DNA of 39,778 bases from Circinaria calcarea. Its lineage: Eukaryota. The number at the start of each line of letters is the position of its first letter. The stretch's first letter is position 1. The translations under genes and the position numbers were made by a program. Below are positions 22,901 through 35,618 of this stretch, piece by piece. The stretch lies in NCBI GenBank assembly GCA_051942165.1, contig JAVECS010000024.1, positions 1-39,778 of the forward strand. The letters are read 5' to 3'. The notes below the pieces were generated by a model. The model did not search any database, was not told where the DNA came from, and saw only the letters and a list, made by a program, of their open reading frames with translations.

Positions 22901-25900
22901 TTGTGTGTGTCTGTAAGCTTCTTGAACGCCGGTAAAATCTTATCTTCTGTTGGGCTATCTGCAGCGTGGTGGTGAATCCAATCTAGAAAAGACGGCGACG
23001 TATTCGCCCAGTCGTCGGCCCTGTTCAAACTTGCTCTCTGCAGATTCGCCGTAACAGCAACCTCCAGAGTATCGTGCGATGGAGTTTGGTGATATTCAGC
23101 GTTGACACCGTCTTCAGGCTCTTGGGGTGGTATCTTCGCCTCATCGTCGTCCTCGTCCGGGACAGTAAGATCGTTTAGGGGTGCATGGCTAAGCTGTTCA
23201 GTCGTTCCCTTGTTCGAGAGCTTGAGAGGCTCGGGCAGGGCATTTGTCTGTGCGTACTTAGTTCGCGCAAGGTTTTGCAGATATAGCTGCGTTACTCTAC
23301 TCGGATCCCAGCCCCCCATACGAGCCAGGTTCGGAGACTGGGTTACGGAACGTTGTTGAAAGTCGCTGAAAGCCTCCGGGCTGATCAGGCTAGGGTCATG
23401 ATAGTGTTCCAATACCCGATTGATCGTGTTGTACGAATCACTGTCAAGTGTTGTACGAGCCGAGATCATTGAAGATGCGGATTCTGGAGACCACGGTTGA
23501 GTAGGGTAGCTGCTCGCTGTCGTGGATAACGAAGCGTGAGCAGACTGGTCTCGCCTTAGAGGTGAGTTCTCACCAATCCTTTCCATCGGCACATCCCTGT
23601 CAGGGTCAAGAGAGTGACGGTCTTTCGATCTGATAGACGAAGTCCAAGAGCTACCACTCCACCTATTGGCGCCATTATCTGGGAGATTCTTAACTACGTC
23701 AGTGCGTAAGGTGTTTATGAGATTTGGTTGCTCGGTTATAGGCGTTGCCCCAAGCATAATCTGGATTGATTCTTGATCATCCTGATCCGATGAAGATTCT
23801 TCTGTTGGTATCACTAAAATGGTGCTCGGCGGAGTAGCGGGAGTGGGTTCCCTCGTCACGTTGCCTAGGAGGATTCGGTGCTCAGTAGCAGGACTTGGCG
23901 TCTCTGCTTGAGGCTCGTTATCGAAGAAAGTATCCACCGTATCATTCGTCTTTGCAGATAAAGGTTCAGCATCTGAATCGGGTGTTGTACTGCCCCCTCC
24001 GACATGATTCGAGTGCAAAAACACATGAGCCGCACCTAACGTAGGAGAGTCTTCCTGGTTAAGATCCAAGATGGACTTTTCTAGTAAGTGGGCCGTATTG
24101 ATCGTGAGCTCACGTGGTTCTCTAGACATCTCCTCAGCCGGCGTTGCATATATGTCCTCATCTTGACCTTGAAAACCATCGGCATCCAGGACTTCGGTTT
24201 GCTCTGGTACCGCATTGGGTATCTGCAAACCTTTCTCCTGCAAATCTCTCAGTGGGCTATCTTTAATCAACTGGCTCTCCATCATCAGAGACACCCGCTT
24301 CTTCTCAGCTTCGAGTTCCTCCTTCCTCTGATTCTCCTGTACTGTCTTCGTAAACGCTTGCTGAATCTTCTGTCTTCTCGCTGCGAAGTCCACGCCACCC
24401 AATTCCGGATAGTGTCTCGGTTTGTGCTCCCGATTCTTACCCAAGCCGCCATCGCTATTACCTGTCAGACGCTCAACGACTCGAGCTCTTGATGCCGCTG
24501 TAGTTGCACTTGAGACTGGCTGTCGAGGCCGGGAGCTGCGAAGTGGAGGCGACTTCATTGGCATTGGAGCAGAGATATAAGCCGTGAGAAGGGGATTTGT
24601 CCCTAGATTGTGCTTATGTGGGCTAAGGTTCCGGCGTTTTGGTGACCTTTTGGAGGGACACGGTTTGGATTGATCTTCGGTACCAGTGGTCTTGGGGTTA
24701 GATCTTGCTTTATGTAGAGTGTTCCCCGCCTGAGCGGGGAAACGTCGATGACCCGAGGATTGATCAAGCGCAGAATTAGTTCGAGTCGGCGGTGATGAAT
24801 TACCAGAATCTGATGTGATACTCAAACGACGAGTACTGAGCGGTATACGCGATTGTGAAGTACGCTTGATCGGGTTGGGGGACGTGAGGGGCGATAGAGA
24901 CTCCTGGGGAGGGGAAAGAATCTTGATATGCTTACCAAGTGAGCTAGCAACGTACTGTCGAACGGAACTGCTGGAGAAGTCACTTCTGGACCTGCGATGC
25001 ATGCCAGGTCGACGAGTCGGGATTGGGCCGTCCAAGTTCACTCCTTCTAACGAAGGAGTGACACCAAGATACCATGCTGTAGGTGACGTCGGCGAGATAT
25101 TCGCACGGATGTGGGTATGATCATCGGGAAACATGGGATTGGGCGTATGCATGCTACCTTCTGACCCTCTCCGTGGGCGAGATTCAGATATTCCATAACC
25201 AGGGTCAAGTCTGGTCGAGGTGGCCGACAGGACTTCGCCGAACAGAGGCTGACGAATACTAGATTCTGATGGAGGACTTAGGTCTGACATCGACTGTGTC
25301 GTCTGGGAGTTGCTGGCGACTGATAGGTCTTTGTGTTTCTCCCTCCGAGCTTTCCCTTTGATCATACCAATACCAACATCATCCTGACCATTGGCTTTGT
25401 GATATGTAGGAGCTGCCAGCTTGTTAGACAAATCTTGACTGGAGAACGACAATCTCGTCGCGGTCCGATAAGCTTGTTGATGCGAGTCGGATGGGGTACG
25501 CGACCGATACTGACCCGACCCATGACTTGCGGCAGGGCTCCTAGTTGCGGAGGTGGACCTTGAAGCTGGCTTACCGGGTAGGGGTGGGACTTCGTCGGGT
25601 GTCTGGTTGAATTTCTTGACCAGATCCTGCAGAGATGTCTGACGGTTCCTTGCGGTACTCGCCAGTTGAGGGCTGGACTTCGCTCCAACAAGTGGGGGAT
25701 TCTCCGCAAGAGGAGAAGTGGGAGATCGATGACTTGAACGATTCGAGATACGCGATGCTAATGGAGAAAATGCAAAGCCGTTCGAGCGAGCGCTGACAGG
25801 AGTGGGTCTCTGCGATGGCCGGGAGGCAGTCATACCGTCCTCCCTACCGGTCACGACAATGTCTGCCTGACCGTATCCCTCAATCGACTCTCTTCTGAAG

Positions 25901-26214
25901 GGGTCCCGATACTGTTTGTAGAACTCGTATGGATCCGGGGAATTGTCGGTGCGCGGAGACTCGGTGAGGAAGCCGTTTTGACTGGCATCTGACACGTACT
26001 GCTCGAAGGTCGTCGAGACCAAGGGACGCCTCGGATGAGGGTTTGTCGGGTTTCTGTAACTGATGGCCGGTAGCGTGGGTATGTTGTCATTTGGGCTCAC
26101 GTGGTGAAGGTGGTCGTCGGCGGAAGGGGTGGGAGGCGCGAAGGGTGACGATAGCGATGTTCGTTGTCGGTGTTCCAGCGAGTAGTAATTGTGGTCTGAT
26201 TTGCTGGCCGACAT
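19963..26214 (-). CDS. Rho guanine nucleotide exchange factor (long low-complexity N-terminus, DH, BAR-like, SH3-like; Tuba/DNMBP-like architecture); exons 26214-21358, 21310-20147, 20082-19963
   Basis: DH motifs RRHIIKELVDTEHSF, LFGNSDQI, LDSLLVKPVQRILKYPLLLKELL, INEMKKR; helical BAR-like region; C-terminal FLAASVYEFN...YLVYRAGE|IFDVIGEKGELWLAKNQDD...GWIWNKHF; introns 21357-21311 and 20146-20083. Confidence 0.92.
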
Positions 26215-28128
26215 GGTGGGCTGCGGACATCAGGCATGAAAGGTGAAGCCGGCTCTGGCTCTCTCGAGTCGCTGCAGTTACCGTGCGCGACTGGTGGTGC
26301 CAATCAGATGCAGCAGCATGCAGCAGGGAGGGGGGCTCTTGGGATTAGCTGCGAGGAGCTTGACGACCAGGTCACTGTCTCAGGTCGCGCGCCCGGAGAT
26401 TCGCGAGGAAGGCGTAGAACAGCGAGCAGCAGATGATGCTGTCGGATGCACTGGCAATCCTTGATGCTTAGCTTCCGACCGGGCAAGGCATCAATCAGCA
26501 GGAAGGGGTCGCGTGGAGGGTGGTGAAGGGAGACGAAGGTGAGTGAGGCAGCATGTATCTACTGTGGTAGGGTAGAAGCCACTAGTGCCGTTTGCGAATG
26601 GCTGTCCACTTGCCCGCCGTTGTCGATGCGCGCCGAGGGTGTGGTCCTTTATGCGCAACGATCAAACACCAAAAGGTCTCAGTTCGACGACGATAACATG
26701 ATGGATCGACGGCGAGGGTGCAATATATTCTACTACTTTCACGATGCAAGGGAGGGTACACAACCTGTCGGCTATTCTACCGGCGATGGTGGAGGAACGA
26801 GGCCACCGTAACCATCAACTTGCTAGAGGATATCTATTGTTGCGATACCACCATGATGAGCTTTGTCAGTCACTGGCCGATTAGAAGTCCTTCCCGGAAA
26901 TGTATCCCCCGTCTGAGGTACTCTGCTTTTTAAATATATATTTTTAGCGCAGTGAGCATCTAACTGTTCTATGAATGATAACGATGCCCTTTCCAGATGC
27001 CGGTATGTGGTATTGCTCGACGTCCTATTCCTGCGTTAATCCAGCTCGCCCGAGTATTCATCCCTATCATGAGAAGAGACAGATGCAGAGATTATATAGA
27101 CTTCTTCTGCGACGGACTGTGATGATATTAATATTCTCTCTGCGCTTATTGCCTCGGCATACCATCTGCTCTTTCTTTCGAAAGAATAATCGGACGGACG
27201 GGAGATTGCGGGTGGCATGGGACTCCCAATTTCCACATTTGGCGCATCGGCGTGGCATGAAACAGTCAAGCGATGAGGGCCAATCTTTGGGAGCCTCCAA
27301 CCATGGTGGGAGGATAGGTAAGAATCAGCTAGCGGATAGCGTCTCTCTCTCACTCTGAAAATCGACATAAGGCAGGTGGAATGTCCGGAAGTGCCTCCGA
27401 GACCCCTCGTCTGTGGTGTATAACAGGCGTAGGCATGCAGTGTCCCGGTTGAGGTTGAGCTGGTCGCAGTCGTTGAATTAAATATGAATTGAGTTTGGTC
27501 GGCGAAATGGAGGGGCAAGTACCCCGCAACGCCGCTGAAAGTTCCCACTACCTATAGCGCGAGTCTTTACTCCGTAACAAAGAGTTCTATACATTCAAGG
27601 TCTTCTATGAATCGGACCGGGCTGTGATGTATATGTGAGAGGTCCTCCAGTATCCTTTTGCTCACCCGCCTCGAATCTTACCTTAAGGTATCTGAAATTC
27701 CTTTGGACGGAATCTTCAGGCCAACTCAGGAGAACCGATCATTCTCCAGACCTTTCCAAGTTCCCATGTACTATTACCAGACTTCACCCTTCTTGCACGA
27801 CTTTTTCTCCCAGCCTGAGCCATGGTCGCGGGTGTTTCGCGGTAGGCCTGCATCTTTGATAGGGGAGCTCGGATCACTTATACCATAGGCGTCAATCTCG
27901 AGTTACTTCGTCTTCGCCCACGTCGTCGCAGCGCGCAATACTGAACGCGCCAACATCACATCGGGGGCATAAGCTTCCGTTCTAGAATAACGCAGTCTGG
28001 AATGATGCTGGTCGTATCCTTCAAGCCGACCTTGGCCACGTTTTGAAACCTTAACGCCTTTAGAAAGTAGCCAACATTTCACTGTGCATTTCATTAAACA
28101 CACCAGTTACGTCACCTACCCGTGGAGA

Positions 28129-31100
28129 ATGAGCGGGAAAAGGAAGCGCCGTCAGCGGAAGCAGCAGGTTGAAGAGCCCTCCGAGAAGCGGCGAAAGCTC
28201 TCGCCTGGACAGTGTTCTGGACACTCGCTGCCGATTCAACATCCACTGCTATGCCTTTACTATCCGACGGTGCTGACTCTCTATGATTACATCCTCTCCC
28301 GTCTGTCATCACGTTCCAATTCACGTCGACGTAAAGTTTTGGCTCTGAGGTACCAAGGGCAGAACGCATCTCAGCTTACAAGTGATTCTCTGACTAAAAC
28401 CACGGCCTCGGACCGTAGTGGTAGTAGGAGTAGTCGACTGCGAATGGAGAACGAACGCTTGTTGGCCAAATTACTTGCTACTACACTCGTCGGGGTCTTA
28501 GGCGGAATTCCAGTGGAGACCAATGAGTTACTCTCCCAGGATATTATTTCTTTCTCACAGCAGCTCGACTCTTCGGCGGGGAGTGGTCTAGGAAGCGGAT
28601 CTTCCACCCAGTCAGAGGTATGTTTAAATTATCTCTAGTGGCACTTCCCAGGTGCAGCATAATCTTTCTCTAACTGTCTTTACGCCCTTCAAACGCCTGA
28701 ATTCCTGTGGTTTGAAAGCGCGCCATCTCCAGGACAATAAGCTTTGAAAGTGATACTTTACTCATGGATATCCTAGGTCATCGACTTCGCGATTTGGCGC
28801 CTCTTCAACAGGACCTACAGCATGAAAAACAAACGACCACACCTCCTATGTCAAGGATATCAGCGGGCAACTCTACCAAGAGCCCCTACTCAAGACCACA
28901 GCGCAGCTGCCGGGATACCAGGGATTGTTTCACATTTCCCTAACTCCCATGTTACTACCATCAAAGGGAATGTCTGGAATGATCTTCTAAAACTCATGGG
29001 AAAAGATGGGGAGCAGATTATGCTCGATCTTGTTTCGGAGGCTGGTATTTTCTTGGCTGTTGAGAACGGACACGACAACTACTATCAACTGTCTGGTAAC
29101 GCTAGTTGTATTCCATCCGTGAGCCCGTACTGATGACCTTCAATCCAGGTATACCACTCTCAGACCTACCAACGCTCCAGCAGTCTGCATTCAGACTATT
29201 ATCGGGAATCCTTGAGGGAAAGTCCACGCAGGACCCATCAGCCGTACACCATGACCAGATAGGTGCTCGACAGCTATCCAGCATCACCTTTGTGCGTAAT
29301 CGAATGATGCACGCACGTGCGGCGCTCAATGCGAAGGGGGAAGTCCGATTTGGCTTACGGCACATCCGTGAGTGATCTCAAGGATATCTAGCTTAATCAC
29401 TTCCTTGACATGAGTAGATGTTTTGAACCGGTATCCCTATTCTGAGAATTTTGAGCACACTGTCCATTTCCTTAAGTATCTTTTTCCTCGGCAATTTGGT
29501 TTACACAATGTTTTTACATCGTCCGTGGATACTCGAGAGACGATCCAACCATTCAAAGACTACACCTTACGAGAGCAGGAGATTGCACAGCTCAGACGAC
29601 GTACAATCCAAGGCGGAAGTGATCGAGTTTCAAAGCGAGTCAACAGCGACGGGCTTCCGAAGAGGTTGCGAGGCCTACTTCTTAATCTAGCTAGGAAATT
29701 CCAGCGCCTGCATTCTCGATGCTCATATAACGAGGTGCTAAAGCATTACTGTCCTATCGATGTAAGCATTGAACCACTATCTAGTTGTTCCGATATTTAC
29801 TTTGTCATACAGTACATCGACGGGCTTGGACGGCACAAAGGGGTCAAGTTCCGATCCTTAGCCAAGAGAAGAATCCAACAGCCTTCAATCTCATTCACAG
29901 TATCGAAGCAGACAACCTTTATTGACACCCCGCCCCAAAGATCTCTTATAGATGCGGCGACTCCAACTGAACAGGTCTCTGCTTTTTGTCGGGCCATTTT
30001 TTGCAAGATTATCCCTCATGAGATGTGGGGGGTTGGTGAGGAAGGAGAGCATAACTTACGGACTCTGCTGCACCATGTTCACAGATTCGTACAGCTTCGA
30101 CGCTTCGAAGGCCTGACCATGCACAACGTGCATCAGGGTTTCAAGGTGCGTCTCTATCGTGTAATACGTTCAGCATAGCCGACGTTGACCAAAAATACAG
30201 ATTAGCAATATCCCTTGGCTAGTCCCTCCCAAAATACACACTGGCAGCAAGACATCCAAGTCTGACATGCAAAAGCGAAAAGAACTCTTTCTGGAATTTT
30301 TATACTACTGCTTTGACTCCATTTTGATCCCGCTGATTAGGTCCAATTTCCATGTTACCGAATCCAATATGCACCGAAATCGGCTATTCTTTTTCCGCCA
30401 CGATGTTTGGCGAGCGTTGACAGAACCATCCTTAGTTCACCTTAAGCTGTCAATGTTCGAGGAATTAAAGACCGAGAGTGCAAGAAAGCTGCTTGATGCA
30501 CGGTCGATGGGCTTTAGCCAGATCAGGCTTTTGCCCAAAGGTTCTGGCGTCCGTCCCATCATGAATTTACGCAGACGAGTCACAAGGTTACAGAAGGGGA
30601 AGAGGGTACTGGGGCTAAGTATTAATTCCGTCCTAGCTCCGGTCTTCAACGTCCTCAGCTACGAGAAATTCACGCAGTCAGAACGTCTTGGTTCGGCTCT
30701 ATTTTCTGTGGGAGATCTCTATGGTAGAATTAAAGCTTTTAAGTCCCGGATTCAGCAAGGCAGTTTATCGACTCCAATTTACTACTTTGCAAAGGTCGAC
30801 GTTCAGTCATGTTTCGATACTATACCTCAACGGAAAATTATAAGTTTTATGCAACAGCTAGTTTCGCAAAGCGAGTATCGGGTGGCACGCCACACGGAGC
30901 TCAAATCAGGTGAGTCTCATGGCTATCGAAGCCAGCAGGACGCTCCGCTCAAGCCAACGAAGAAGTTTGTCACCAAGGCCAGGGCTAGCAACTATTTTGC
31001 AAGCTTCGAGGACACGGTGAATCAGGACTTGTCAGCTGGGAAGAATAGCACAATTTTTGTGGATGCTGTCATACAGACCTTCCAGGGCAAGAAGGAGCTA

Positions 31101-32355
31101 CTCGAACTGCTTGAAGAGCATGTCGAGCGTAATATAGTCAAGATCGGAAAGAAATTCTTCCGACAGAAAACAGGCATACCGCAGGGTTCAGTCTTGTCGA
31201 GTCTGCTCTGTAATTTCTTCTACGTTCAGTTTGAAAGGCAGCACCTAGCTTTTCTGAACCAGAACAGCCAGCTTTTCCGGCTGATAGACGATTTTCTACT
31301 CGTCACAACAGATAGACAGCAAGCGCAGAAGTTCGTGCAAGTAATGCACGCTGGAAATGAGGAGTTTGGTATCGGTGTCAATCCAGGCAAAAGCTTGGTC
31401 AATTTCAATATGAAGGTCAATGGTGTCCAGATTCCATGTTCTCTCGGAAGTGATTTTCCGTACTGTGGCATCATGATAAACCCGAAGACGTTGGAGCTCA
31501 CAAAGGACAGAGGTCGAAGGAGAGACACAGGTATGGTACAGTCTGGTCATTTGACCGTGTTTATTGGTCTAATGTGAAGCAGTAATGGTCGACTCGCTGA
31601 CGGTGGACGTCTCGAAAACGCCAGGGCAGACGTTCCACCGCAAAGCCATGAAGTATGGTATTCGCAACCACAACTGCGTGGAGCACAAGCTAATCCAAAC
31701 CTTCCTAGCTCCCTCAAGCTACAGACACAAGCCATGCTCTTAGATACCTCGTTCAACTCACCGAGTACGGTGCTGTCCACAATATACGAAAACTTTGTTG
31801 AGTCGGCCATGAAGTACTACAGATATGCAAAGTCGATGGGATCTCGAAAACAGCCAGCTGCACCAATCCTCATTAGTAAGCACCTACGCTTCCCTAGTCC
31901 CACGAGATTGGACTACCCTCACTGGGAGAGACAGGAATTGCGCTCCTTAGGCTAATGCTTGCTTGCACAGGAACCATTCGCGATCTCATCAATCTCGGCT
32001 TTGTTCTGGTCAAAAGTAAGCATCGGAAGGGGGCGTCTTCAGGTTACATGTGTTCCGTCAGCAAGGGCCAGATTGAGTGGTAAGCACCACGACCCGAAAC
32101 GCCAACCGTGTTGGATTGTCGTTCCAGTCCACGGGAGAGGTGCGCGAACATGATACGTTCCAAACTGACGACGGCAGGTTGGCCTCGACGGCATTCCGCA
32201 ACATCTTAGGTGTCAAGCAGAGTAACTATGGCCAGGTGCTGGCATGGCTCGACGAGAGGATAGCCAGCTCCCATCCTCGAGATGCGGGAGAGGCCGACTG
32301 GCTGAGGCGAGTGGTGCAGAAGGGCAATCGGGTATTCGGCGGCTACAGATTCTAA
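28129..32355 (+). CDS. TERT: Telomerase reverse transcriptase; exons 28129-28617, 28777-29095, 29149-29367, 29418-29761, 29813-30145, 30201-31530, 31583-31652, 31709-31875, 31971-32079, 32178-32355
   Basis: TEN-region HLLCQGY, FPNSHV, NYYQLSG; QFP-type QVSAFCRAIFCKIIP; T motif LIRSNFHVTES...FFRHDVW; motifs 1/2 IRLLPK, VRPIMN; A KVDVQSCFDTI; B' GIPQGSVLSSLLCN; C FRLIDDFL; D VNPGKS; E FPYCG. Nine GT-AG introns preserve frame. Confidence 0.97.
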
Positions 32356-32999
32356 GCTTTTACCATGCGAGTACTCCGTAGTCGTGACGCTTGACTCGAT
32401 GATAACGCGCGCTCCCTACAAAACCGTAGCGATAGATGTCTCCCCCCGGATGTTTTTTTGCAGTCATGCACACACACTTTCATCTCTCGGTGCTCGATCA
32501 TGTCAACAGGCATCATTAGGGTTCTCCGACCTCGTCAATTTTCCTCGTGTCGAAGAAGGCGGCCGTAAACCGGGTAACCAACCACCCCGGCGACTGCCTC
32601 CCCCTCCCTCTTTTGGAGATCAACATCACCCCATGCCTCGCAAAGTTACTAGCGGTAATGACCCCCCACCGGCGCGAACCCCTGATCCTGCACTTGGAGA
32701 TTGAACGGCCATGGCGGAAATCAACAACGTCCCCTCCGATCATTCGTGCCGACGCCCCCCATCTACTATATCCTGATTTTGTACATACTTGGGACGACAC
32801 CCCAAGCATCCACCGCTATCAATCAGACCCTCACGCTCGTTTGGTTCGCTCGCACGACCGCTCGCTTCGTATATCTGTCAACCGCATCAAATCAAGCAAC
32901 TACCATTCGTGGCCAACCTCCCGTCTAAACACCCGCCTTCGAATCCTACATCTCCCAATACGTTTGCTGACAGGCCCACGACAACAAACCCATGATGAG

Positions 33000-35481
33000 A
33001 TGACAACCTGTATGCTCGCGCCAGAGTCCCCTCCGGAGCTGACAAGCTCCAAGTCCTCGAAATCGTCTTCTTTCCGCTCTTCCTCCTTGTCCGGTGCCGA
33101 TGGTGCGTTGCCGGATCTTGCGCACTTTGAGGATATCGGACTGAACGATGAGCATCCTGCGCCGAGTCAGGATCTCTACAGGCACAGTAAATCAGCCGTC
33201 AACGTCTCCACCCTTCGGAGGGCTTCGAGCATCATGAACGGAAGCAGGAGCCCTCCGTCCGGTGCTGTGGGTATGAGGGAGTTGACGAATGGAACAAACA
33301 AGCCTCACTACCCTCCGCTACATGGACAGATCAGACACGCGAGCGTTTACGGTGCGGCCCTCTCTCTGAACCTCCCAAATGGCCAGGGAACGAAGCGCAG
33401 GGTGCAGAGCCCATCATCCCCCTCCTTGGCCATGGCAGCAATACGTAAGGGCAGCCAATCCTGTTCTCCATCTCCGAAAAACTCCCAAGCTATCCCGGAT
33501 TCTCCGCGGCCACCGACAATCTCGTCTCCTGGTTTACGCCCGAGCACATCGCTCTCGGTGAGAAGATCTCCAAGTCGGAGAGGCTCGTGGCAACCGAGTC
33601 GGAAAACGGCCAGAGAACTAGAAGATGAATATCGTGACTCCGATGAGGATCTACCGGATGATGCGAGCCTATGGAATGTCCCACTATCACCCAGCCTGTA
33701 TAGGACGGCTTCCAATGCTGCTTCCGCGAATCCTTCGCCGGGTACAAGTCCAGAGAGAGCCGGCCGCTTTAGTGCTTCAATAAGTCGAGGTGCGAATGGC
33801 ATCCGATTAATTCAAACCGCGCCTACTTACGGTCAGCCACTCTGCGATACTCCGGATTCTATGAGTCGTTCACCGGGGATACCTCCTGGTACTTCCACCG
33901 GAATGATGCCTGAGCCCTTTAACTTTTCGAAAACCCACGCCAAGTCATGGACAGCTGCCTTGTTTGAGCTGTCAGAAGAGGCGCAATCATTGAGTGAAGC
34001 TCTCGAAGTTCATGCTGCTGAAGCGGATTGTAAACAGGAAGAGGGAGCTCAACTTGGAGTTTCCTCAGTCGGACCAAGCATGGCCAAGATGACCCGCTCA
34101 AAGACAAACGTTGTAGAGCTACCGCCTTTGAGGAAAAATGACGTGATGATTGATCCACTGCCTATAAGTAAGGAGAAAGAAAAGGTCTTAAGTAGGACAC
34201 GCCCAAGCTGGCTCCCTCCCAAAAACCAGAAGGAGGAGAAGAAACATTTAAAGGAATATCAACGTATCATGGAACTGAGTATGGAGGCTGGTACGTATAA
34301 GCTCGTCTCACGGTTTCAAGGTCAGTAGTGTATTGATGGTCTTGGTCCAGAAAGGAAGAAAGCTGCCAAAGCTGCCTCTATCCAGTGCGCTCGCGACGAC
34401 ACCAAAGCCACCCTCCATCGTATATGGGGGGAACACGTACTTCCCAACTGGGACCAAGCTATTCGAGAACCTCGAACCCGTGGGCTATTCTGGCGCGGTA
34501 TCGCTTCGAGGTCACGGGCGGAAGTTTGGAGAAGAGCGATTGGCAATGAATTAGCGTTGACGGATGCCACCTACATGAAGGCATTGCAAAGGGCGAAGAA
34601 CATAGAAAAAGAAATCGAGAAGGACAAGGGTGAGAGTGTACGGAAAGAGAGACTGTGGTTCGACGCAATACGAAGAGATGTTAATGTCACATTGCCTGAA
34701 CTCAAACTCTTCCAAGTGGGAGGGCCACTACACGCAGACTTAGTTGAAATCTTGATGGCATACTCGATGTACCGCTCTGACGTTGGATATAGCTACGGTA
34801 CACATGTAAGCTCTGCTCTGTAAATCGACTTTGACTCTTTGGCGGGTCTGTTAGTTGCTAACGTCTCCGATCTTTCTTTAGCTCCCTGCTGGCCTCCTTC
34901 TCCTAAACCTTCACAGCCCATCACAGGCCTTCACTTCCCTCGCCAACCTTCTCAACCGGCCTCTTCCGCTTGCCTTCGTCACAGGCGATAGAGCCAACAC
35001 GGACAAGACATACGCGCTCACGCTCAACCTTCTCCAACAAAAACTCCCGAAACTGCACTCACATCTCTTCAAACCTATCACGAACGGAGCGGGCGGTGGT
35101 GGACTTGGCCTCTCACCGGCAGAAATCTTCGAACCAATGATCCGCACCGTTTTTCTCCGAAACAGCTGCTCCTTGCCAGCAGGCCCATCGGCTACACCTT
35201 CTTCGCGTCCCTCGTCTTCCACAGCATACCCAGGCCTCCCCCTCGAGCTCGTTAATCGGATCTGGGACGTCCTCGTTTATGATGGCGACGCAATGGTCAT
35301 CCGATCCTGTGTTGGTATCCTGAGCTGCCTGGAAAGCAGTCTTTACGGCAGCAGAGAGGACGTTTTGGGTCTGCTGGGATGGGAGGGAAAGTCGGTGTGG
35401 AGGATGGATGTTGGGGAGGGAGGAGGGGAAGAGGCATTCATGGCCGCGATTAGGGCGGCAGGGAAAGTGGGAAAAGGGTAG
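33000..35481 (+). CDS. TBC (Rab-GAP-fold) domain protein with long Ser/Pro-rich N-terminus; exons 33000-34290, 34351-34805, 34882-35481 (alternative in-frame ATG at 32658)
   Basis: [10 protein letters not shown]...[61 protein letters not shown]...[28 protein letters not shown]; introns 34291-34350 and 34806-34881. Confidence 0.9.
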
Positions 35482-35618
35482 GGGTGTATGTATCGATGGG
35501 ATGGAAAGCAGGGATGCGATGTGTACTGTATGATGGGAGGTACGGTTGGCCTTTGGCCATGTGATGATTACGCAGGGGCAATTCATATATAAGACCCGTC
35601 AATATCCTTTGATTCTAT

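Noticed and set aside
28129..32355. Reverse transcriptase as a retrotransposon
   Set aside because: T motif, TEN/QFP regions and nine spliceosomal introns, with no gag, integrase, endonuclease or LTRs, identify cellular TERT.
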